Below are positions 58,657-64,000 of a DNA stretch of 64,000 bases, in pieces. Where the stretch lies: positions 1 to 64,000 of the IMG/VR virus record IMGVR_UViG_3300032173_000004. The stretch is one strand, 5' to 3'. The notes beneath the pieces are model-generated. The model was not told where the DNA came from, searched no databases, and was given only the letters and a program-made list of their open reading frames with translations. The stretch's first letter is position 1. Each line of letters begins with the position of its first letter. Origin of the DNA: a virus. A program made the position numbers and the translations under genes.

Positions 58657-58686
58657 GAGCTACACCAACAATCGACAATTTGTCAA
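58657..58686 (-). promoter_or_regulatory. Putative promoter at the start of the morphogenesis operon
   Basis: TTGACA-N18-TAGCTC in an AT-rich 200-bp intergenic region. Confidence 0.55.
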
Positions 58687-58811
58687 CCAATCCAATTAGC
58701 TACCGATGATACATGAGGGATCACACCGTCACCACAAATTTCGCGGATCTTCAAGAACAAACCGATTATTACAGTAATTATGCTGTCTTGTAGATGATCC
58801 GAGGTAAGACT

Positions 58812-59417
58812 TCAGGGCACGATCTGGAGACCTGGCACGTTTTCCTCGAGCCAGTTGATAGCGATGATCGCTGCCCGACTTTCAATCGCACCCTGCTGAA
58901 CCACACCCGCACGGATGGTCATCATCTGCTTCGCCATCTCGATGTCGGCATCGCTGCAGTTATAGTCCTTGAGCACCAACACACGAGAATCGATGTCGTA
59001 GATCTGACCGGTACGCCAGAATTCCATCTCGATCTCTGTTCCGAAGGCCTCAGCCTCATAGCCGGCGCGGAACGAGGCCGAGGTCAAGTACCTCATAGCG
59101 AACGTGGGAAGACCTTCTCGACCAGCCTGTTCGACATGCTGATGCTCGTGGACACAGACTCTGATCTGATTCCACAGAGGCCAGCGATCTACATTCGAGC
59201 CAAGCTCGAATGGGATGTAGATCGTCTTGTCCAGGGTCGTGACGAAGTCCTTCATGAAGTGCTCTTTGTTCTGGATGTGAAGAGCATCCAGAACCTCAGA
59301 GGCGATCTTCATAATCTCCGAGTTGTCCTTCTGCACTGCGTAGCTTCCGAACTCCTTCTGCATGTGGGCCCAGAAGGCCTTCACCAGATCTGGAGTGAGA
59401 ATCTCGTCGCTCATCAC
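58812..59417 (-). CDS. Zincin-like metallopeptidase
   Basis: VCVHEHQHVEQ (HExxH) plus downstream YEAEAF. Confidence 0.7.
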   Translation of the reverse strand: MMSDEILTPDLVKAFWAHMQKEFGSYAVQKDNSEIMKIASEVLDALHIQNKEHFMKDFVTTLDKTIYIPFELGSNVDRWPLWNQIRVCVHEHQHVEQAGREGLPTFAMRYLTSASFRAGYEAEAFGTEIEMEFWRTGQIYDIDSRVLVLKDYNCSDADIEMAKQMMTIRAGVVQQGAIESRAAIIAINWLEENVPGLQIVP

Positions 59418-59656
59418 TTACCTCCTGCCGGAACGCAAGTGCAGCCCGTGGTAGTCTGGCCACAGATCCACTTCGTCGGTGCTCCAGGACGAATGGCCTT
59501 GACCTGCGTGCAGTCCATTACACGCTGCCACTTCTTGTTCGAACCACAGGCCTCTACTACACTACCGTTGCATCTCGTCTCTTTGATCTGCTGGCATGGA
59601 GAACCACACCCGCTCAGCAGGATGCCAGAAATCAAAACCCATCTCATGGCGATCAT
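59414..59656 (-). CDS. Cys-rich lipoprotein (80 aa)
   Basis: Start re-called at the ATGA overlap; lipobox LLSG|C plus 7 more Cys. Confidence 0.7.
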   Translation of the reverse strand: MIAMRWVLISGILLSGCGSPCQQIKETRCNGSVVEACGSNKKWQRVMDCTQVKAIRPGAPTKWICGQTTTGCTCVPAGGK

Positions 59657-59862
59657 TCTTTCTTCCTCCGATCTCGTCTTGGTGTTTGTGCTTCTTGCTC
59701 TCGGCGCCAATTCTCCATGCGCTGCCGCTCCATCACCTGTTGTTGTCTGGCGCCCTCGCAGTCGCAAACGATAACTTTTCCAGCCTCGACAGGTTGCTCC
59801 TTTCCGCAGAAGGAACAAGTGAACGTCAACGATGGGGACGGATCAATGAATGGATTGGTCAC
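59653..59862 (-). CDS. Small Zn-ribbon protein
   Basis: CSFC...CDC. Confidence 0.6.
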   Translation of the reverse strand: MTNPFIDPSPSLTFTCSFCGKEQPVEAGKVIVCDCEGARQQQVMERQRMENWRREQEAQTPRRDRRKKE

Positions 59863-60131
59863 CGAGACGGCTCCTTGCTGTACATGGAAGACTTACCCTG
59901 CTCCCAGTTACCAGACAGAGTCTTGATCCCCCAATGGCCAGCAATGTCCACTTCTGTGATTGCCCCACTCTGTCCTGCCAGAAGCTCCGAAGCCAACACA
60001 GCTTCGTCGGTATCGGGGACACCGCGGTGGTCTGTTAGAATGGCCGCTTTGGCCCCGTCCAAGTCCACCATCTCCACACGGTGATCGGTAGAAGTGATCT
60101 TCTGACACAGTGGACAGTCATCCAGCTTCAT
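59859..60131 (-). CDS. Hypothetical protein (CPLC...H)
   Basis: Start re-called at MKLDDCPLC; AAGGA RBS. Confidence 0.55.
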   Translation of the reverse strand: MKLDDCPLCQKITSTDHRVEMVDLDGAKAAILTDHRGVPDTDEAVLASELLAGQSGAITEVDIAGHWGIKTLSGNWEQGKSSMYSKEPSR

Positions 60132-60303
60132 CGTCTTCCTTCCGTCGTTTGGACTTCCCACTCATCTGAGGTCCAGCTGCGATCGATATTTCCAGGATAG
60201 CCTGCCGAAGCAGAGGAAGCTGATCGCACCAAGGAGAGTCCATGGCCTTCTCAGCATCTCGTATGATAGACCTGATCTTGGCTAGACGCTCCTCTGGCTT
60301 CAC
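60118..60303 (-). CDS. Hypothetical protein
   Basis: 61 aa; GTGA overlap. Confidence 0.5.
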   Translation of the reverse strand: MKPEERLAKIRSIIRDAEKAMDSPWCDQLPLLRQAILEISIAAGPQMSGKSKRRKEDDEAG

Positions 60304-60734
60304 GGCTTCCTCACCAATCGATCACGCCTAATCACACGAGCGATGTCTGGAGGTGTCCAACCCGGCGGCTTGGCCACCTTTCCATTCTCGAGCTTTCTAG
60401 ATCCAGGGCCGAACTTGTCGAGGTTGGCCTGTTGAATCTCTTGCATAATATCCGGCATTGGGAGGCCCCACGCCAGCCCATTCCACGTCACCACATAGAG
60501 AAGATCTCCCAGGGCATCTGCAACCTCTGCAAGCGCCTCTACCAGGTCTTCTTCAGACGACTCTTCCTGCAGACGATCGACGACATGAACTGCTTTCTGC
60601 AGCTCTTCCCATTCCTCTCTAATCAGATCTAGTCCTAGTCGGGCATTGCTTGCCGACGGGACACCGGGACGGTTCAGGATTGGTTGACCAGCCAGTTTCA
60701 TGAACTGGCGCACTTGGGAGAACAACGTTCGCAT
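60300..60734 (-). CDS. MazG/PRA-PH-like NTP pyrophosphohydrolase
   Basis: LIREEWEEL...EVADALGDLLYV...EIQQANLDK...GKVAKPPGWTPPDI. Confidence 0.88.
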   Translation of the reverse strand: MRTLFSQVRQFMKLAGQPILNRPGVPSASNARLGLDLIREEWEELQKAVHVVDRLQEESSEEDLVEALAEVADALGDLLYVVTWNGLAWGLPMPDIMQEIQQANLDKFGPGSRKLENGKVAKPPGWTPPDIARVIRRDRLVRKP

Positions 60735-60794
60735 GGGCCAGCTCCTGTTGTAGATTCTACCGAATCTACTCCAGTCAACTGACCTTGGCTAGAC

Positions 60795-61562
60795 CTACCC
60801 GCGCCAGCCAGGAGGGGGCTTGCAACCCTGATCTGCGGGGAACGGGTTCGGATGAGCCGCCTCAGGCTTACGATCCAGGTTCACGCCACGACGCTTGAGG
60901 CCCTCTCTCGTATCGTAAGTGATCTCAAAAGACTCATCCGGCGTTGCCGAAGACCTCTCGAAGTTCACCTTGACGGTGTGGAAGTCCTGCTTGGCTCCGA
61001 ATCCGGTTCCGATCTCAGACTGCACATTGTAAACCGAGATCGGTGGTTCTTCCCCAGAGGGTGTCACACAACAGTCGGTGTCAGCGGAAAAGAAGCTGCT
61101 GTCGCCACCCAGCATCATGCCACGGGCGCCCTTGGAATGACCCCTCAAGTAGCGATAGCGGATATCGGAATCCTCGGGCTCCTCTTTCTCCTTGAACAGG
61201 GCACACCCGATGACACCGATGTTGCGCTTGTCCTGTCCAGACTGAGCGTTGTAGCTCTGACCCTCCTTGGCGAAGATGAACTTCGCCACAGCCTTGTCAT
61301 CCAGACTCCATCCCGGAATGTTGATCTCGGCCTGAGGGTACAGAATGTACCCGCTACCATCAATGCTGGCTGGCTTTCCGTCCATGATCGACAGTCCATC
61401 GACTGACAGAACGACCAAAAGACGCTTCCAGGTCCGATTGCGGACTCGGAGCGTGAACTCTGATCCTTTTCTACCTTCGATGAAAAATCGACCTTCGTGC
61501 GGGTATTCGTGGCAAGGCTTACCGTGGACACAGACCTCGAGTTCGCAGAGTTCTCCTCGCAT
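60795..61562 (-). CDS. Conserved phage hypothetical protein
   Basis: 255 aa; EFTLRVRN...VVLSVDGLSIMDG...GYIL...IPGW...NIGVIGCALFKE...IGTGFG. Confidence 0.75.
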   Translation of the reverse strand: MRGELCELEVCVHGKPCHEYPHEGRFFIEGRKGSEFTLRVRNRTWKRLLVVLSVDGLSIMDGKPASIDGSGYILYPQAEINIPGWSLDDKAVAKFIFAKEGQSYNAQSGQDKRNIGVIGCALFKEKEEPEDSDIRYRYLRGHSKGARGMMLGGDSSFFSADTDCCVTPSGEEPPISVYNVQSEIGTGFGAKQDFHTVKVNFERSSATPDESFEITYDTREGLKRRGVNLDRKPEAAHPNPFPADQGCKPPPGWRG

Positions 61563-61633
61563 GGGCTTCTCCTCGCAGCGGAACTGTTCTGCCTGGCACC
61601 ACGCCAGGACTTCGACCGCCGCTCTTTGGGTCT

Positions 61634-61662
61634 ACCCTACGGAGAACTACAAGGCGGGTCAA
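61634..61662 (-). promoter_or_regulatory. Putative sigma70-like promoter
   Basis: TTGACC-N17-TAGGGT. Confidence 0.45.
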
Positions 61663-61871
61663 GCAGCTTCTTTGAGAGGGCGTGCCACTACCTGACCCGC
61701 CACATGGGCAGTCAAGGCCAGAACGATGTTCTGAGCCCGATTCAGCTCCTCACGAGCTTTGCGCAGCTCCAGAACCGCCTGGCAGCAAGCCCAGCACAGG
61801 TGCTTCATTAAATTATGCAGGTGAGCCAATCCCGCCTGGGCATGTCCTCCACAGTGTTCGCAACGCAGCAT
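61659..61871 (-). CDS. Small Zn-finger / coiled-coil protein
   Basis: Start re-called at MLRCEHC (AGGAGG RBS); CWACC. Confidence 0.6.
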   Translation of the reverse strand: MLRCEHCGGHAQAGLAHLHNLMKHLCWACCQAVLELRKAREELNRAQNIVLALTAHVAGQVVARPLKEAA

Positions 61872-62066
61872 GGCGGGCCTCCTTTCCAGGACAGCCCGCC
61901 TGCCAAGGCGGGCCGTCAGTTGGTCATCCGTTCCGCTGTTGTAAAGGCGGCAGGATACGGTCCTGTGCGCCACCTTGATCCATCTATGCAGCGGAGATTG
62001 ACCATCATCTGAGTGATGAAGGATCGGAGAAGGAAAGTCAAGAAGAAAAAGATCAATGACCACATC

Positions 62067-62414
62067 TCAACACAGCATAACCACAGGTCGTATGCCGTTA
62101 GAGGTACCGTAGGGTTTTGTCGGAGGGTGGCGCTTCGGCGCCTTGCCCCAGTTCCTCTGGCAGACATGATCCACAAACTCCCAGAATGACACCTTATTCT
62201 GGATCGATACCAGCGACCTCCTCTCCTCCTTTTCAAGTCGCTCCAGAGCAGGCGGAAGACGTGTAGCCGCTGCTGGACCCCGCAGCACTACCACCTGCTG
62301 TGTCTGGTTGGTAACGTAGCACGTACTCCCACCCATGCTGTTGGTCCAGAAAGACCATGGATGGGACATAGGAGCAGTCCCAGAGGTGTCAGAATTCGGG
62401 TCGTAGGGAATCAC
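62067..62414 (-). CDS. Hypothetical protein
   Basis: 115 aa; same-strand packing. Confidence 0.45.
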   Translation of the reverse strand: MIPYDPNSDTSGTAPMSHPWSFWTNSMGGSTCYVTNQTQQVVVLRGPAAATRLPPALERLEKEERRSLVSIQNKVSFWEFVDHVCQRNWGKAPKRHPPTKPYGTSNGIRPVVMLC

Positions 62415-62437
62415 GGCTGCCTGGGCCTATGAGGGCC

Positions 62438-62695
62438 TCAGTTTACCATGGGCTCAGAAGCAGAACGCAACCACCTTTTCACCACAGCCGGGACAGGAGG
62501 AACAGCCAACGAATGACCCTTCGGGCAGGGTGGGTGCTTGATCTTGGACCAATGCTGCTTGATGGCCCACTGCTCAGCCTGGGCCCTTCTGTGAATGCTC
62601 CATTTCTGAAGGGCCTTCAGTGGAACCACGGCACCAACCAACTTCAACTCGTCTTGGATGATCTCCAATTCTACCTTGACGCACTCGTGCATCAT
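62438..62695 (-). CDS. Hypothetical protein
   Basis: Start re-called at MMHECVK (GAGGAG RBS). Confidence 0.5.
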   Translation of the reverse strand: MMHECVKVELEIIQDELKLVGAVVPLKALQKWSIHRRAQAEQWAIKQHWSKIKHPPCPKGHSLAVPPVPAVVKRWLRSASEPMVN

Positions 62696-62735
62696 TGGCT
62701 CCTCCGGCTGTTGGGTGATTTGAATCTGAGTCGTT

Positions 62736-63635
62736 CTAGTTGTCAAAGAAAAAGCAGATTCGCACACGGTCCGGTGGCAGTCCTAGGGACTGCAACCACG
62801 GAAGAACCTCGCGATGGAATCCGTATGTCGCCTCCGCATAGGTCATCGTCCAGCTCACCTGGGTGTACAGGTGATCCCAACCAGTGACTGCTGCACTGAT
62901 CCTGGTCAACAGCACTTTGTCTTTGGGAGTACCGAACCCGTTTAATGATCCGTAGCCTTCGCAGTCCGTCAACAAAGGCAACAACTTCTCGGCAACAAAC
63001 GTATCCATTTCTTCATTCGACACATGCCGCACATTTGGACCCGAAACACCACCACTCCAACAATGCGGACCCTTTCCAGCGGCCTTGTCTCCAGATTTGA
63101 TCCACAATGCGTATACAATAGAAGATACCGTCCCGTGCAACACAGTCGTCTGTTGCCAATCGTACTCAAGAAGCTCCTTGAGAGTCAGATACGAATGGCT
63201 GTGACCGTCGCCGTTCCACCGCTTCGCCTCGTCGCGATACTCCCTCGAGGCATCCGATGGAATCCCCTTCGGTGACGAGATAGGGCTGAACCCCTCACCC
63301 GTCTTGCAGCCCGCAAAACCTCGTCCGTTGCGCACGCCGGCTAGGATAGCGAACGTGTTGTAGCATCGCTCGTCCAGCGTCAGAATAGGATGCTTGCACT
63401 TGTGGTACTTGCCGCTGTCGAGCTTCGTCCGATCCTCCGTCAGAAAGTCCTCGATGTTGAAAGGAAGATCAATCGGCAAAGGACGAATCCCGTGGACGTA
63501 CTCGGCGTGCAGTTCCGCCAGAAATGCATCGTAGTTGCTGTCACCGCGACCAAAGAAGTGACGAGGCTCCGGCAGCAGAACCCAGCGTCCTTTTTGATCT
63601 CGAACCTCAACATACGGATGGATGTCGCAACCCAT
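62736..63635 (-). CDS. Conserved phage hypothetical protein (MGCDIH...FDN family)
   Basis: MGCDIH, RCYNTFAILAGVRN, PKGIPSDAS, DGHSHSYLTLKEL, RICFFFDN; GGAGG RBS. Confidence 0.8.
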   Translation of the reverse strand: MGCDIHPYVEVRDQKGRWVLLPEPRHFFGRGDSNYDAFLAELHAEYVHGIRPLPIDLPFNIEDFLTEDRTKLDSGKYHKCKHPILTLDERCYNTFAILAGVRNGRGFAGCKTGEGFSPISSPKGIPSDASREYRDEAKRWNGDGHSHSYLTLKELLEYDWQQTTVLHGTVSSIVYALWIKSGDKAAGKGPHCWSGGVSGPNVRHVSNEEMDTFVAEKLLPLLTDCEGYGSLNGFGTPKDKVLLTRISAAVTGWDHLYTQVSWTMTYAEATYGFHREVLPWLQSLGLPPDRVRICFFFDN

Positions 63636-63689
63636 GGAACCTCCCGTTTTCCAGTTGTACTGGCAGCGACACCTGTTCTAACCAAAAAT

Positions 63690-63911
63690 CTACCGACCGA
63701 TGCGAACCCCGTGATAGTTCGACATGAGCTGCATTTCCACTTCCGTTCTGGGCCCCTCCCAGTCTAGAATGCCCAGCCGCTGGTCCACCTCCAGCTGCTG
63801 CTTGAGCGTGAGGTCGAAGTAGTTCTTGGGCCTGCGCAACGCTGCCTCGAACATCTCCTCATGAGTCCGGGGTACTTGAAGTTCTGGAAGAGCTACTGCT
63901 GCCTGTCCCAT
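63690..63911 (-). CDS. Hypothetical protein
   Basis: 73 aa; RPKNYFDL...DQRLGILDWEG. Confidence 0.65.
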   Translation of the reverse strand: MGQAAVALPELQVPRTHEEMFEAALRRPKNYFDLTLKQQLEVDQRLGILDWEGPRTEVEMQLMSNYHGVRIGR

Positions 63912-64000
63912 GGTGTCTGCCCTCTGTTGGAAAAGATCATGTTAGAATCGATGGGCGCCGCAGTACAATACCCAAAATGAAGAGGCTCTCATGTGCATGA

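Noticed and set aside
3296-58660. GGATC/GATCC recurring near many start codons and promoters
   Set aside because: GATC is very common throughout the coding sequence (heavy ATC codon use); enrichment cannot be established by eye
60754-60778. Sigma70 promoter TTGACT...TAGAAT
   Set aside because: Spacer is only 13 bp
1-64000. Alternative genetic code (TAG or TGA reassignment)
   Set aside because: Recognisable genes such as capsid, sheath and portal are full-length in the standard code; TAG, TGA and TAA all terminate genes at sensible positions
1-64000. Long plus-strand ORFs (e.g. 45007-46395, 54202-55611, 39914-40966, 10965-12089)
   Set aside because: Antisense shadows of GC-biased minus-strand genes; no motifs or RBS support

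Overview
The window is the virion morphogenesis region of a large, GC-rich, contractile-tailed (myovirus-type) bacteriophage. All credible genes lie on the minus strand. In transcription order (right to left) it contains: small accessory genes (MGCDIH-family protein, MazG/PRA-PH-like NTP pyrophosphohydrolase, Cys-rich lipoprotein, HExxH zincin); a ~15 kb head cluster with a SPO1/Herelleviridae-type portal, a MuF-like protein and a ~1720-aa multidomain protein; prohead protease, scaffold and major capsid protein; decoration proteins; a holin-like gene coupled to an MshEN-like gene; neck, sheath, tube, frameshifted tail chaperones, tape measure and baseplate; a beta-helix tailspike; and a long beta-propeller ORF running off the left edge that the ORF track missed. 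No terminase, endolysin, integrase, tRNA, CRISPR array or reverse transcriptase was recognised. The main candidate new system is a protease-processed head-cargo polyprotein: sigma-region-2-like, topoisomerase IB-like, inorganic pyrophosphatase and DUF5661-like domains are separated by the same hydrophobic-x-K|[S/A/G] motif found at the predicted capsid maturation site and throughout the scaffold. A second candidate is a standalone MshEN-like (c-di-GMP receptor fold) protein translationally coupled to a holin-like gene. All family assignments come from motif recognition by eye; no searches were run.
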